Assembly: GCA_963665325.3 (NCBI GenBank)
Contig: CAXXWS020000003.1
Coordinates: forward strand, 320,001 to 384,000
From: Alphaproteobacteria bacterium
GTDB lineage: Bacteria > Pseudomonadota > Alphaproteobacteria > Bin95
DNA length: 64,000 nucleotides
Direction of reading: 5' to 3'
Below are positions 41,876 through 51,685 of this stretch, piece after piece (position 1 is the first letter of the stretch; each line of letters starts with the position of its first letter). The notes under the pieces were generated by a model, which did not search any database, was not told where the DNA came from, and saw only the letters and a program-made list of their open reading frames with translations. The position numbers and the translations under genes were made by a program.

Positions 41876-44233
41876 ATGCCGAAGGACGGGATCGGCGCAT
41901 CCGTCAAGCGCAAGGAAGACTACCGCTTCATCACGGGCCAGGGCGCCTATACCGACGATATCGACAGGCCGGGGCAGACCCATGCGGTCTTCGTGCGCTC
42001 GCCGCACGCCCATGCGCGCATCGCATCGGTGGATACGGCCGCGGCCGCGGCCATGCCGGGCGTCGTGAAGATATTGACCGGCGCGGACTACGCCGCCGAA
42101 GGGCTGGGCGGCCTGCCCTGCGGCTGGCAGGTCACCGGCAAGGACGGCCCGATGGTCGAGCCCGCCCATCCGCCGCTCGCGGTGGACCGGGTGCGCCATG
42201 TCGGCGACCAGGTGGCCGTGGTCATCGCGAACAGCGCGGCCGAAGCGCGCGATGCGGCCGAGGCGGTCGCGGTCGCATACGAGGCCCTGCCGGCCGCCGC
42301 GTCCATCGAGGCGGCGCTCGCGGGAGGCGCGGCGCAGGTGCATGACGAGGCGCCCGGCAATCTCTGCTACGACTGGGAAATCGGCGACAAGGCCGATGTC
42401 GATGCCGCCTTCGCAGACGCACACCATGTCACCCGCGTCGAGCTGGTGAACAACCGCCTGGTGCCGAACGCGATGGAGCCGCGCGCGGCCGTCGCCGAAT
42501 ACGACCGGGCGACGCGCGAATACACGCTCTACACCACCAGCCAGAACCCGCATGTCATCCGTCTCCTGATGGGCGCCTTCGTGCTCCAGCTTCCGGAGCA
42601 CAGGCTGCGGGTCGTGGCTCCGGATGTCGGCGGCGGCTTCGGCTCCAAGATCTTCCACTATGCCGAAGAGGCGATCCTCACCTGGGCTTCGAGCAAGGTC
42701 GCGCGGCCGATCAAGTGGACCGCCGAGCGAGCCGAGAGCTTCGTGACCGACGCGCACGGGCGCGACCATGTGACGGTCGCGGAACTCGCCATGGACCGGG
42801 ACGGGCGCTTCCTCGGCCTCAAGGTCGATACCAAGGCCAATATGGGCGCCTATCTGTCCACCTTCGCGCCCTGCGTGCCGACCTACCTCTACGCCACGCT
42901 GCTCGCCGGCCAGTACACCACGCCGAAGATCTGGTGCGGGGTGCAGGCGGTGTTCACCCATACCGTGCCGGTGGACGCCTATCGCGGCGCCGGGCGGCCG
43001 GAGGCCACTTTCGTCGTCGAGCGCATCGTCGAGACGGCAGCGCGCGAGATGGGCATCGACCCGGCGGAGTTGCGGCGTCGCAATTTCGTGCCGTCGGACG
43101 CCTTCCCCTACCAGACGCCGGTCGCGCTGGTCTATGACAGCGGCAATTACGAAGGCACGCTGGCCGCAGCGCTCGCCGCCGCCGACTACAACGGCTTCGC
43201 CGCCCGCCGGGCGGAAGCGGAATCGCGCGGCAAGCTGCGCGGGATCGGCCTCTCGGCCTATATCGAGGCCTGCGGGATCGCGCCGTCGGCGGTGGTCGGC
43301 TCGCTCGGCGCCCGCGCCGGGCTCTATGAGTGCGGCGAGGTCCGGGTACATCCGACCGGTTCGGTCACCTTCTTCACCGGCACCCACAGCCACGGCCAGG
43401 GCCACGAGACAACCTTCGCGCAGATCATCGCCGACAGGCTCGGCGTCGATATCGACGCGGTCGAGGTCGTGCATGGGGACACCTCGAAGATCCCCTTCGG
43501 CATGGGCACATACGGCTCGCGCTCGCTCGCCGTCGGCGGCTCGGCGCTATCCCGCGCGCTCGACAAGGTGGAGACCAAGGCCAAGCGCATCGCTGCGCAT
43601 CTGATGGAGGCCTCGGAGGCCGATATCGAGTTCGCGGACGGACAGTTCACTGTGGCCGGCACCGACAAGTCGGTCGGCTTCGGCGATGTCGCGCTCACCG
43701 CCTATGTGCCGCACAACTACCCGATCGAGGAGCTGGAGCCGGGGCTGGACGAGACCGCCTTTTACGATCCCGCCAACTTCACCTTCCCGGCCGGTTGCCA
43801 TGTCTGCGAGGTCGAGATCGACCCCGAGACCGGCGCGGTGGAAATCGCGAGTTTCGCGGCGTCCGACGATTTCGGCAATGTCATCAACCCGATGATCGTC
43901 GAGGGCCAGGTGCATGGCGGGATCGTCCAGGGCGTCGGCCAGGCGCTGCTGGAAGGCTGCGTCTATGACAGCGAAGGCCAGCTCGCGACGGGGTCCTACA
44001 TGGATTACACCATGCCCCGCGCCGACGATGTGCCGTCCTTCTCGGTCTCGACCGAGACCACGCCCTGTCCGCACAACCCGCTCGGCGTGAAGGGCTGCGG
44101 CGAGGCCGGCGCCATCGCCGCACCGGCAGCCGTGATGAACGCCGTGCATCACGCGCTCAGCTCGCGCGGCGTTTCGCGGATCGACATGCCGGCGACCCCG
44201 GCCCGTATCTGGCAGGCGTTGAACGCCGCCTGA
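41876..44233 (+). CDS. coxL: form II CODH-like molybdopterin large subunit
   Basis: GGGFGSK, active-site loop AYRGAGRPE (form II), [16 protein letters not shown]. Confidence 0.9.
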   Translation: MPKDGIGASVKRKEDYRFITGQGAYTDDIDRPGQTHAVFVRSPHAHARIASVDTAAAAAMPGVVKILTGADYAAEGLGGLPCGWQVTGKDGPMVEPAHPPLAVDRVRHVGDQVAVVIANSAAEARDAAEAVAVAYEALPAAASIEAALAGGAAQVHDEAPGNLCYDWEIGDKADVDAAFADAHHVTRVELVNNRLVPNAMEPRAAVAEYDRATREYTLYTTSQNPHVIRLLMGAFVLQLPEHRLRVVAPDVGGGFGSKIFHYAEEAILTWASSKVARPIKWTAERAESFVTDAHGRDHVTVAELAMDRDGRFLGLKVDTKANMGAYLSTFAPCVPTYLYATLLAGQYTTPKIWCGVQAVFTHTVPVDAYRGAGRPEATFVVERIVETAAREMGIDPAELRRRNFVPSDAFPYQTPVALVYDSGNYEGTLAAALAAADYNGFAARRAEAESRGKLRGIGLSAYIEACGIAPSAVVGSLGARAGLYECGEVRVHPTGSVTFFTGTHSHGQGHETTFAQIIADRLGVDIDAVEVVHGDTSKIPFGMGTYGSRSLAVGGSALSRALDKVETKAKRIAAHLMEASEADIEFADGQFTVAGTDKSVGFGDVALTAYVPHNYPIEELEPGLDETAFYDPANFTFPAGCHVCEVEIDPETGAVEIASFAASDDFGNVINPMIVEGQVHGGIVQGVGQALLEGCVYDSEGQLATGSYMDYTMPRADDVPSFSVSTETTPCPHNPLGVKGCGEAGAIAAPAAVMNAVHHALSSRGVSRIDMPATPARIWQALNAA

Positions 44234-44253
44234 GCTCAAGGAGTCTCCTCCCC

Positions 44254-45048
44254 ATGCACGATTTCACCTATCGCACGGCGAGTTCGGTCGCGGACGCCGC
44301 CGCCAAGGTTGCCGCCGGAGAGGACGCGGTGCTGATGGCCGGCGGCATGACCCTACTGCCGACCCTGAAGCAGCGCCTCGCCCAGCCCTCCGATGTGGTC
44401 GATCTCGGCGGCATCGACAGCCTCCGGGGCATTCAGGTGTCCGGCGGCACGGTCACGGTCGGGGCGATGACGGTCCACGATGCCGTCGCGAACTCGTCCG
44501 AGGTTGCAGCCGCAATCCCGGCGCTGGCAGCGCTGGCCGGCCATATCGGCGACCCGCAGGTCCGCAATCGCGGCACCATAGGTGGCTCCATCTCCAACAA
44601 CGACCCGGCAGCCGACTATCCGGCCGGCCTGGTCGGCCTCGGGGCAACGGTCTGCACCGACCGGCGCGAGATCGCCGCCGATGACTTCTTCAACGGCATG
44701 TTCGAGACCGCGCTGGCGGATGGCGAGATCGTGACATCCGTGCGCTTCCCGGCGCCGGAAGCGGCCGCCTATATGAAGTTCCCGAACCCGGCCTCGCGCT
44801 ACGCCATCGTCGGCGTGTTCGTCGCCAGGACGGGCGGCGGCGTGCGGGTTGCAGTGACCGGCGCGGCCTCCTGCGTCTATCGCGAAACCGCGATGGAAGC
44901 GGCGCTCGAAGGCAATTTCTCGCCTTCCGCTCTGGACGGCATGACGGCCTCTGCCGATGACCTGAACGAGGATATCCACGCCTCGGCGGAATATCGCGCG
45001 CATCTGGTCGGCGTCATGGCGCGACGGGCGGTCGCCGCCTGCGGATAG
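44254..45048 (+). CDS. coxM: molybdenum hydroxylase FAD subunit (CoxM-like)
   Basis: AGGMTLLPTLK, IGDPQVRNRGTIGGS, HASAEYRAHL. Confidence 0.9.
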   Translation: MHDFTYRTASSVADAAAKVAAGEDAVLMAGGMTLLPTLKQRLAQPSDVVDLGGIDSLRGIQVSGGTVTVGAMTVHDAVANSSEVAAAIPALAALAGHIGDPQVRNRGTIGGSISNNDPAADYPAGLVGLGATVCTDRREIAADDFFNGMFETALADGEIVTSVRFPAPEAAAYMKFPNPASRYAIVGVFVARTGGGVRVAVTGAASCVYRETAMEAALEGNFSPSALDGMTASADDLNEDIHASAEYRAHLVGVMARRAVAACG

Positions 45049-45052
45049 GGGG

Positions 45053-45379
45053 ATGGCCTGGGCGTTTATGGCGCTCGCCATCCTGCTCGAGACCGTCGGC
45101 ACCGGCCTGCTGAAGCTCTCCCACGGCTTCGAGCGGGTCGGGATCGGCGGTCTTTCCATGCTGTCCTACGGCGTGTGCTTCTTCTTCCTGGCGCTCGCGC
45201 TCAGGGTGATTCCGGTCGGCGCCGCCTACGCCATCTGGTCCGGCGTCGGCACGGCGCTGGTCGTGCTGGCGGGCGTGTTCCTGTTCGGCGAGAAGATGAC
45301 CCTGCTGAAAGCAGGCCTGATCGCGATGATCGTGGTCGGCGCGGCCGGCCTCATGCTGCTTATCGATTCGGAGGCGTAA
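45053..45379 (+). CDS. SMR family small multidrug/cation transporter
   Basis: 4-TM protein with conserved Glu (AILLETVGT), GAAYAIWSGVG, LFGE. Confidence 0.9.
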   Translation: MAWAFMALAILLETVGTGLLKLSHGFERVGIGGLSMLSYGVCFFFLALALRVIPVGAAYAIWSGVGTALVVLAGVFLFGEKMTLLKAGLIAMIVVGAAGLMLLIDSEA

Positions 45380-45782
45380 AGCCGGTATAGCCCGGCGGCT
45401 CCCAGCCGGGCGGGGCGATCTCGAAGCCTTCGAAGGTGAAGGCCGGCGCGACGATGCAGCCGGCGAGGCTCCACTCGCCGAACGACCGGCAGCGCTGCCA
45501 TCGGTGCGCCGGCACGACGGCCTGGAGTTCATGGCCGTCTTCCAGCGGCCCGAGCGTCACCCGGTCGGTCTCCGTTTCCAGCACCAGCGGCGCGCCGGCA
45601 TGGAACGCCCAGATTTCCGGCGCATCGACCCGGTGCCAGCGCGACGGCCCGGCTTCCAGCAGAAAATAGATCGAGGTCGCCGCCGTCCGCCCCTCGCCCG
45701 GCGCCCGGTAGATCTCCCGGTAGAACCCGCCCTCCGGATGCGGCTCCAGCCCCAGCCGCCGGACGACCTCCTCGGCCTTCAT
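45360..45782 (-). CDS. cupin_5 (DUF985) family protein
   Basis: LGLEPHPEGGFYRE, TSIYFLL, WHRVD, CIVAPAFTFEGFE. Confidence 0.9.
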   Translation of the reverse strand: MKAEEVVRRLGLEPHPEGGFYREIYRAPGEGRTAATSIYFLLEAGPSRWHRVDAPEIWAFHAGAPLVLETETDRVTLGPLEDGHELQAVVPAHRWQRCRSFGEWSLAGCIVAPAFTFEGFEIAPPGWEPPGYTGFTPPNR

Positions 45783-46288
45783 GGTCCGGATTCCTTCATC
45801 GAGGCCAGTGCGGCGAAGGGACCCGTCGGCGCCTCGTCCGCCTCCGGTTCGTAGTCGAGCGCGGCGACATCGGCGTCCGGGGCGCGGGGATGCGGGTCGA
45901 GGCCGAGCGCCAGCACCTCCCGGACCAGTTCCAGAAGATCGACGCCTTCCACCGGCAGCGGGTCCGGCCCGTCCTCGTCCAGCGCGCCGATCTCGACCTC
46001 GCCGGCGTCGGCCTCGACGAGCCCGGGCAGGTAGCGCCGCGAGACCGGTTCGGCGAAGTCCTGGTCGAAAAACTCGTCCGTCACCACACAGAGCCGCCTG
46101 AGCCGCGCCGCCACCCGTCCTTCGAGCGTCATCCCGCCCTTCGGCCGCGGGCGGGCCGTCAGCGCCGTTTCGACCGAGAGCACCGCCGGCAGCTCGAAGA
46201 GCGCCGCCAGCGACGCGCATTCCGCCGGCGTCGCGCTGGCGTCGATGCGGGCCTCGTCCTCGGACCGGGCGATCCGGCGCGTCAGCAC
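45779..46288 (-). CDS. YceD/DUF177 family protein
   Basis: ATPAECASLA, CVVTDE, LALGLDPHPRAP, GPFAALASMK; downstream of the cbp3-like gene. Confidence 0.85.
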   Translation of the reverse strand: MLTRRIARSEDEARIDASATPAECASLAALFELPAVLSVETALTARPRPKGGMTLEGRVAARLRRLCVVTDEFFDQDFAEPVSRRYLPGLVEADAGEVEIGALDEDGPDPLPVEGVDLLELVREVLALGLDPHPRAPDADVAALDYEPEADEAPTGPFAALASMKESGP

Positions 46289-46845
46289 GGGTCCGGCTCC
46301 GGGAAATGCGCTTCGCCGGCGGCAAGGCGCGCATCCTCCTGTGCCGTCAGCGCCGCCTCGACCGCGCGGATATAGGCCGCCGCACCCTCCGCCAGGCCTG
46401 GCCCGGTATCCAGCGTGCCGTAAAGGTTGCGCTCGGCAGCGGCAGCAAGATCGCCGCCGCGGTCGAGCCCTTCGCTATAGGCGTCCAGCCGGCCGTAGAA
46501 GGCGGACGCCATCCGCTTCACCTTCTTTCCGACCGAAAGGTCGCCCGCGCCCATTTCCCGCAGGCTTTGGTCCATGTCCGCGACGAACAGGTCCACGAGC
46601 CCCTGGCCCAGCCCGTCCAGCGCCGGCGCCCGCTGCACCCGGCGCAGCAACAGCGCGACATGCAGCGTCACCAGCTCGAAGCGCCCGTCCAGCGTGTCCG
46701 GCACGCCGAGCGCCAGCATGACCGCCGGGCGGCGCGCGGCCTGCACGGCAGCGCGGTAGAGCGCCCAGGCCGCATCGGACGGCTGCGGCCGGAAAAACAG
46801 GCGTTTCAACGCATCGAGATTGACAGCCGGGCCTCGTCTCGCCAT
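46282..46845 (-). CDS. ubiquinol-cytochrome c chaperone (Cbp3/UQCC1 family)
   Basis: GVPDTLDGRFE, DMDQSLREMGAGDLSVGKKVKRM, AFYGR. Start uncertain. Confidence 0.9.
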   Translation of the reverse strand: MARRGPAVNLDALKRLFFRPQPSDAAWALYRAAVQAARRPAVMLALGVPDTLDGRFELVTLHVALLLRRVQRAPALDGLGQGLVDLFVADMDQSLREMGAGDLSVGKKVKRMASAFYGRLDAYSEGLDRGGDLAAAAERNLYGTLDTGPGLAEGAAAYIRAVEAALTAQEDARLAAGEAHFPEPDPC

Positions 46846-46881
46846 CAAGAAGCGGAACTCCGGAGCGGGAAGAGCGTCGCC

Positions 46882-47322
46882 ATGATACGGATTGCCGCCA
46901 TGCTTGTCGCGGTCGGCCTCGTCTCCGCCGGCTGTACGCCCGCCGTGGACCATCGAGGCTATGTGGTCCCGAAACAGGCGGTTGAAAAACTCGCCGCTGG
47001 CACCGCGACGCGCAGCGAGGTGCTGCAGGCCCTCGGGACACCGTCCACCACCGCCGCCTTCGACAACAACACCTGGTACTATTTCGGCGAGACGACGCAG
47101 CGCGAAGCGTTCTACGATCCCGAGCTGATCGAGCGCCATGTCCTGATCCTGCGGTTCGACGATGGCGGCCTGCTGTCCGAGGTCGGGACGCGGGACGCCA
47201 AGAGCGGCCGCGAGGTGACACTGGTCAGCCGCGAGACGCCGACGGCCGGCCATTCAATCACCATCATCGAGCAGATCCTCGGCAATGTCGGCCGCTTCAG
47301 CGACCCGGGCGCCCCCCAGTAG
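46882..47322 (+). CDS. bamE: outer membrane assembly lipoprotein BamE
   Basis: Lipobox VSAGC, VLQALGTPS, WYY, TPTAG, QILGNVGRF. Confidence 0.92.
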   Translation: MIRIAAMLVAVGLVSAGCTPAVDHRGYVVPKQAVEKLAAGTATRSEVLQALGTPSTTAAFDNNTWYYFGETTQREAFYDPELIERHVLILRFDDGGLLSEVGTRDAKSGREVTLVSRETPTAGHSITIIEQILGNVGRFSDPGAPQ

Positions 47323-47348
47323 GGCGCGGCTCCTTCGTCCGACCCGGA

Positions 47349-47864
47349 TCAGTCCCGGTCCCTGCGAGGACCGCCGCCGGGCCGGCGCGGGCCGCCGCCC
47401 CTGGGCGGGCCCCGCCGGTCGTCATAGCCGCCGCCGCGGCGGTCATCGTAGCCCCCGCGCCGGTCGTCATAGCCGCCCCGGCGGTCGTCGCGGTCGCCGC
47501 CGCGGCGGTCGTCATAGGGCCTGCCCCTCGGCCGGTCGCCATGCCGCTCCGGCGGGCGGCCGCCGCGCTGCCATTCGAGCGTGATGCGGAACGCCGCGCC
47601 CTCGTCTCCCGCCGCCACGATCGGCTCCCCGGCGGCGTCGAACTTCAATGCAAAGGCAATGGCCACCTTCCCGGGATCGGCGGCTTTCACCTGCTCCAGC
47701 AGGGTTCCGGCGAGCGGCTGCAGGCGCGAGGCGGCGCGCTCGAAGCGCGGCACGACCTCCACGGCGCCGGGCGCGGCCTCTTCGGCCTCCTCCGCCTCGC
47801 TGGCGGTTTCGACATGGATCGTGCTGCCGTCGGACAGCAGGAACTTGACGGTCTTCGCGGTCAT
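47349..47864 (-). CDS. Trypco1-like (CU044_2847 family) domain with RGG/YDD low-complexity tail
   Basis: LSDGSTIHVE..FERA..PGKVAIAFALKFDA..IVAAG..AAFRITLEW, followed by GGYDDRR repeats. Confidence 0.75.
   Translation of the reverse strand: MTAKTVKFLLSDGSTIHVETASEAEEAEEAAPGAVEVVPRFERAASRLQPLAGTLLEQVKAADPGKVAIAFALKFDAAGEPIVAAGDEGAAFRITLEWQRGGRPPERHGDRPRGRPYDDRRGGDRDDRRGGYDDRRGGYDDRRGGGYDDRRGPPRGGGPRRPGGGPRRDRD
47414..47517 (-). repeat. coding tandem repeat, ~21-bp unit encoding (GG)YDDRR, five DDRR copies
   Basis: PYDDRRGGDRDDRRGGYDDRRGGYDDRRGGGYDDRR, with synonymous codon differences between units. Confidence 0.9.
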
Positions 47865-48015
47865 TCGGGGGCAATCCTATACCGCGTCCGGCGCGGCGAC
47901 GGGCGCCCGGGACAGCCTCCCCGGCGCAAGAGGGCCGGAACTTAGCCCGGAATTCCCACCAATGTCACGGCCTGCGTCGCGCCCAAGCGTTCGATCCGCA
48001 AGGAGCGGGCCCAAC

Positions 48016-49071
48016 CTATTTTGCCGAGAGCGGCGCGGAAAGGGGCACGCCGGGCACGCGGATGCCGTTCGGGCGGCCCGACGCCGTCGCCTCCTGGTAT
48101 TCCTCCGTCATCGCCGACGGCAGGTCCGGCCCGTCGGCGCAGGCGAGCCAGAGGCGCAGCATGTGGCGTTTCCGCGCCGGATCGTCCCAGTCCACATAGG
48201 CCGTGCGCGAATGCAGGATGCGGTGGTTGGAGACGATCTGGAGGTCGCCTTCCTCCAGCACCATGTCGAGATGCAGCGCCGGATCGGCAACGAGCGCGTC
48301 GATCGTGTCCATCGCTTCGGTCTGAAGCGCGGAAGGCTCCGGCGGCCCGGGCATGGGGCGGGCCTTCTCGATGGCGCTGCGCACATAGGTCGTGACCACA
48401 TTGCCCCGCCACGGCAGGAACACCGGCACCTCCGCCCAGGGCTTCCGGCCTTCCGGCACCTCGCCCCATCGTGTGCGGGCGATCGGCAGGCAGAGCGCCG
48501 CCGCCAGGTCCGGCCGGCGGCGGACCATCTCGTTCCAGATCGTGACGGAACTCACCAGCGAGGACAGCCCGCCCTCGCGCGCCGTGCGCAGGCAGAGCAG
48601 GCAGGCCAGGTCGGACTCATCGGTGTGGTAGGGCAGGCGCGCATTCGTCTGGTATCCGCGCGTGTCCGGCCGCGCGTAGTCGAGACCGAGGTCGCGCACA
48701 TGGCCCAGCACATGGCCCTTGCCGTTCTGCGAGACCGCCTCGCCCAGATGCAGGCCGAGCAGCCAGAACGCTGCCGCCGCCCGCCTGAGCGGCCACCCTC
48801 CGACCGGCAGGCCCCGGATCACCTGGAAGCCGATGCCGTGCAGCACCTCCTGCCGGATGCGGTGGAGCCGTTTCGCCAGCTTCGGCAGCGGCTCGCGGGC
48901 GATTTCCAGGATCGGCACCTCCTCGAGCCGCGCGGCGGCCGCCTCGATCTCGGCAATCTCGTCGGGCGCAAGCTCGTGCGTCCACAGTCCCGGCTTCGAA
49001 GCCATGTCGGGGCCGTACCAGCATTGCGGCGTCTCCACCGGTGCCGGCCCGGCATTGTGGATGTCGTTCAT
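48016..49071 (-). CDS. TauD/TfdA family Fe(II)/2-oxoglutarate dioxygenase
   Basis: SQNGKGHVLGHVRD, PYHTD, ILHSRTAY, RHMLRLWL. Confidence 0.9.
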   Translation of the reverse strand: MNDIHNAGPAPVETPQCWYGPDMASKPGLWTHELAPDEIAEIEAAAARLEEVPILEIAREPLPKLAKRLHRIRQEVLHGIGFQVIRGLPVGGWPLRRAAAAFWLLGLHLGEAVSQNGKGHVLGHVRDLGLDYARPDTRGYQTNARLPYHTDESDLACLLCLRTAREGGLSSLVSSVTIWNEMVRRRPDLAAALCLPIARTRWGEVPEGRKPWAEVPVFLPWRGNVVTTYVRSAIEKARPMPGPPEPSALQTEAMDTIDALVADPALHLDMVLEEGDLQIVSNHRILHSRTAYVDWDDPARKRHMLRLWLACADGPDLPSAMTEEYQEATASGRPNGIRVPGVPLSAPLSAK

Positions 49072-49092
49072 CGTTCCGCTTTCCCCGCCTTG

Positions 49093-49980
49093 TCAGTCGA
49101 TACGCCCGAGGCCCGCCTGCCCGACCGGGACCTCCATCAGGTCCCGACCCCAGACGATGTCGCCGTCGAAGACCGGCGCCATCTCGCGCAGGATGCGTGA
49201 GCGCATGACCGGCGTGTCGATCTGGCTCGTGATATGCGTCAGCACCAGGGTCGCCACGCCCGCCTCCGCCGCCACCTGCGCGGTGTCCATATGGTTGCCG
49301 CAGGCGCGGCGGTATTCCGGCGAGGGCTCGGTGCCGGTGAAGAAATGGTTCATGTGGACCAGCACATCCGCGCCCCGCGCCAGCTCGACGATGCCGGGGC
49401 ACACGCCGCCGCTGTCGCCGGAATAGCAGACCGAGCCGGCGTCCGTGTCGATGCGGAAGGCGAGGCATTGCAGGTATGGCTGGAAATGCCAGCCCTCGCC
49501 CACAGTGACGCGCCAGTCCTTGCCTTCCACGAGGTCGCCCGGGCCGACTTCCCGCACCTGCGGGTCGGGCCGGGCGCGCTCCCCTTCCCCGCCGCGCGCT
49601 TCGTAAACATCGAGGCTGCAGCGGTGGCGGGTGCGCGCTTCGATATCGGGGCCGTAAACCCCCTCCGGCGAGAACAGCAGGTCGGTCATGCGCGCGGTCG
49701 GCGGCGGCCCGAACACCTGTAGCTCGCCAAGCTCTCCCGCGCCCTGGTCCCAGCGGTTCATCACGAGGCGCGCATAGTCCATGCAGTGGTCGTAATGCAG
49801 GTGGGTGAGGAAGCAGTGGGTCACATCGACCGCCCGCCTGCCGGCTTCCAGAAGCCGGTGATGCGCGCCCGGCCCGTGGTCGAACACGATGGTGTCGCCC
49901 CCGGTCTCGATCAGGTAGCCGGAGCCCATGCGTTCGAGCGAGGGCGCCGGCGTGCCCGTGCCGAGAAGGGTGAGGCGCAT
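49093..49980 (-). CDS. MBL-fold metallo-hydrolase (RNase Z/AtsA arylsulfatase-like)
   Basis: LLGTGTP, THLHYDH, YSGDS, GADVLVH, LVLTH. Confidence 0.85.
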   Translation of the reverse strand: MRLTLLGTGTPAPSLERMGSGYLIETGGDTIVFDHGPGAHHRLLEAGRRAVDVTHCFLTHLHYDHCMDYARLVMNRWDQGAGELGELQVFGPPPTARMTDLLFSPEGVYGPDIEARTRHRCSLDVYEARGGEGERARPDPQVREVGPGDLVEGKDWRVTVGEGWHFQPYLQCLAFRIDTDAGSVCYSGDSGGVCPGIVELARGADVLVHMNHFFTGTEPSPEYRRACGNHMDTAQVAAEAGVATLVLTHITSQIDTPVMRSRILREMAPVFDGDIVWGRDLMEVPVGQAGLGRID

Positions 49981-50080
49981 GGCTTCTCTCTCCGTGCGAA
50001 AATGCGCAAACATCGGGTGGCGGACGCGGCCGGGCGATCCTAGCTTCGGCCCTGTGACCCGGCAAGGAGACCCAGGCCCC

Positions 50081-50932
50081 ATGCCCCATAGCCTCTATTC
50101 CCGTATCGAAGTCGCGCTCGCCATGATTGCCGAGAACCAGGCCGACCAGCCGGGGCTCGACGAGATGGCGGCGGCCGCCGGCATGAGCCCCCACCACTTC
50201 CAGCGCACCTTCCGCCGCTGGGTCGGCATCAGCCCGACGAAGTTCCTGCAATATCTGACGCTCGAGCGCGCCAAGGCCAGCCTGGCGGAGAATGCGAGCG
50301 TGCTGGAAGCCTCCTGGGACGCGGGCCTGTCCGGCCCCGGCCGGCTGCACGACCTGTTCGTCACCCACGAGGCGGTCACGCCCGGCGACTACAAGCGGCG
50401 CGGGGCGGGGCTCGCAATCCGCTACGGCTTCCACGACTCGCCCTTCGGGCGCTGCCTGCTGATGGCGACCGACCGGGGCATTTGCGGGCTCGCCTTCGCC
50501 GCCGGGGGGGAGGAGCGCGCCGGGCTCGAAAACATGCGCCGGCGCTGGCCCGCGGCCGCGTTCGCGGAGGCGCCCGGCGAGACCGCCGCCTTCGCCGGGC
50601 GCATCTTCCAGCCGAAGGCCGGCGCGCCGGCGCTGCCGCTCTGCCTGCACGGCACCAACTTCCAGATTCGCGTCTGGGATGCACTGCTGCGCATTCCGGC
50701 GGGCGGGCTGGCGACCTATGGCGATGTCGCGGCGGCGGTCGGCGCGCCCCGCGCGGCGCGGGCGGTCGGTGCCGCCATCGGGCGCAATCCGGTCTCCTGG
50801 CTCGTGCCCTGCCACCGGGTCATTCTCGCGAACGGCTATCTCCACAATTATGAATGGGGCCTGGCCCGCAAGGCGGCGCTGATCGGCTGGGAGGCGGCCC
50901 GCAGCGAGGAGCGCCGCTCGGCTGCGGCGTAA
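50081..50932 (+). CDS. AraC-HTH / methylated-DNA-protein-cysteine methyltransferase (Ada-like)
   Basis: HFQRTFRRWVGISP, GTNFQIRVW, ARAVGAAIGRNP, PCHRV; no N-terminal Ada zinc domain. Confidence 0.92.
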   Translation: MPHSLYSRIEVALAMIAENQADQPGLDEMAAAAGMSPHHFQRTFRRWVGISPTKFLQYLTLERAKASLAENASVLEASWDAGLSGPGRLHDLFVTHEAVTPGDYKRRGAGLAIRYGFHDSPFGRCLLMATDRGICGLAFAAGGEERAGLENMRRRWPAAAFAEAPGETAAFAGRIFQPKAGAPALPLCLHGTNFQIRVWDALLRIPAGGLATYGDVAAAVGAPRAARAVGAAIGRNPVSWLVPCHRVILANGYLHNYEWGLARKAALIGWEAARSEERRSAAA

Positions 50933-51635
50933 GCACACCCTGCAGAAGCCTCCGCCGTGACCGCACCGGCTCCGGCGTCACCCCGGCCAGCCGCTTCGCC
51001 GCCTCGGCGATCACCACGCCGCCGAACACCGGCAGACAGCGCCGCCCGAACCGCTCCCACGCCTCCGCCGCGCCCGGCCGCACCAGCCGGCGGAGCGGCG
51101 GAGCGAACAGCGCCTCCTCGCTGCCGAGCGGCGTGAACATCGCCTCGCGCAACAGCCGCTCCAGCTGCGCCCGCGACCAGGGCCGGCCGTGGCCGAAGGG
51201 CGTGTGCTCGAAACGCGCCCAGAGGCCGCGGCGGCTGGGCGCCACGACGATCAGCCGACCCTCCGCGGCGAGGATGCGCCAGATCTCCCGCAGCCGGCCG
51301 CCGAGATGCTCGGAGGTCTCGACATCGTGGGCGAGCAGCACGCGATCGAACGCGAGGTCGGGAAAGGGCAGCGCGTCCTCTTCGGTCAGCACCGTCCGGC
51401 AGCGCCCCTCCGCCGGCCAGCGGGCCGCACCCTGCCCCGCCGGCATCGCCGCCAGCACATGCGCCGCTCCTTCCGCCAGCCCGTCGAGCAGGGGCGGCGC
51501 ATAGCCGAGCCCCAGCACCTGCATCGCGCCCAGCGCCGGCCAGCGCCGCCGCACCCGCTCCGCCAGCACAAGCCCCGCCGCCTGCCCCAGAGGCCCGTCA
51601 TAGAAGGCGCGAAGCTCGCTCACATCGCTGCGCAT
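50820..51635 (-). CDS. class I SAM-dependent methyltransferase
   Basis: DVSELRAFY..PLG, VLGLGYA, LPFPDLAFDRVLLAH, GLWARFEHTPFGHGRP. C-terminus runs into the ada-like gene. Confidence 0.85.
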   Translation of the reverse strand: MRSDVSELRAFYDGPLGQAAGLVLAERVRRRWPALGAMQVLGLGYAPPLLDGLAEGAAHVLAAMPAGQGAARWPAEGRCRTVLTEEDALPFPDLAFDRVLLAHDVETSEHLGGRLREIWRILAAEGRLIVVAPSRRGLWARFEHTPFGHGRPWSRAQLERLLREAMFTPLGSEEALFAPPLRRLVRPGAAEAWERFGRRCLPVFGGVVIAEAAKRLAGVTPEPVRSRRRLLQGVLTPQPSGAPRCGPPPSRSAPPCGPGPIHNCGDSRSRE

Positions 51636-51685
51636 GGGCTCGCCTCAGAGGGTCCGCAGGCCGGGATGCCGCCGCATCGCCCGGC

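Noticed and set aside
41876-44233. Bona fide aerobic CO dehydrogenase
   Set aside because: The active-site motif is form II AYRGAGR, not AYXCSFR, so CO oxidation cannot be claimed.
47414-47517. Repeat as a CRISPR-like or non-coding array
   Set aside because: The units are contiguous, in frame and degenerate at third codon positions, with no spacers and no cas genes.
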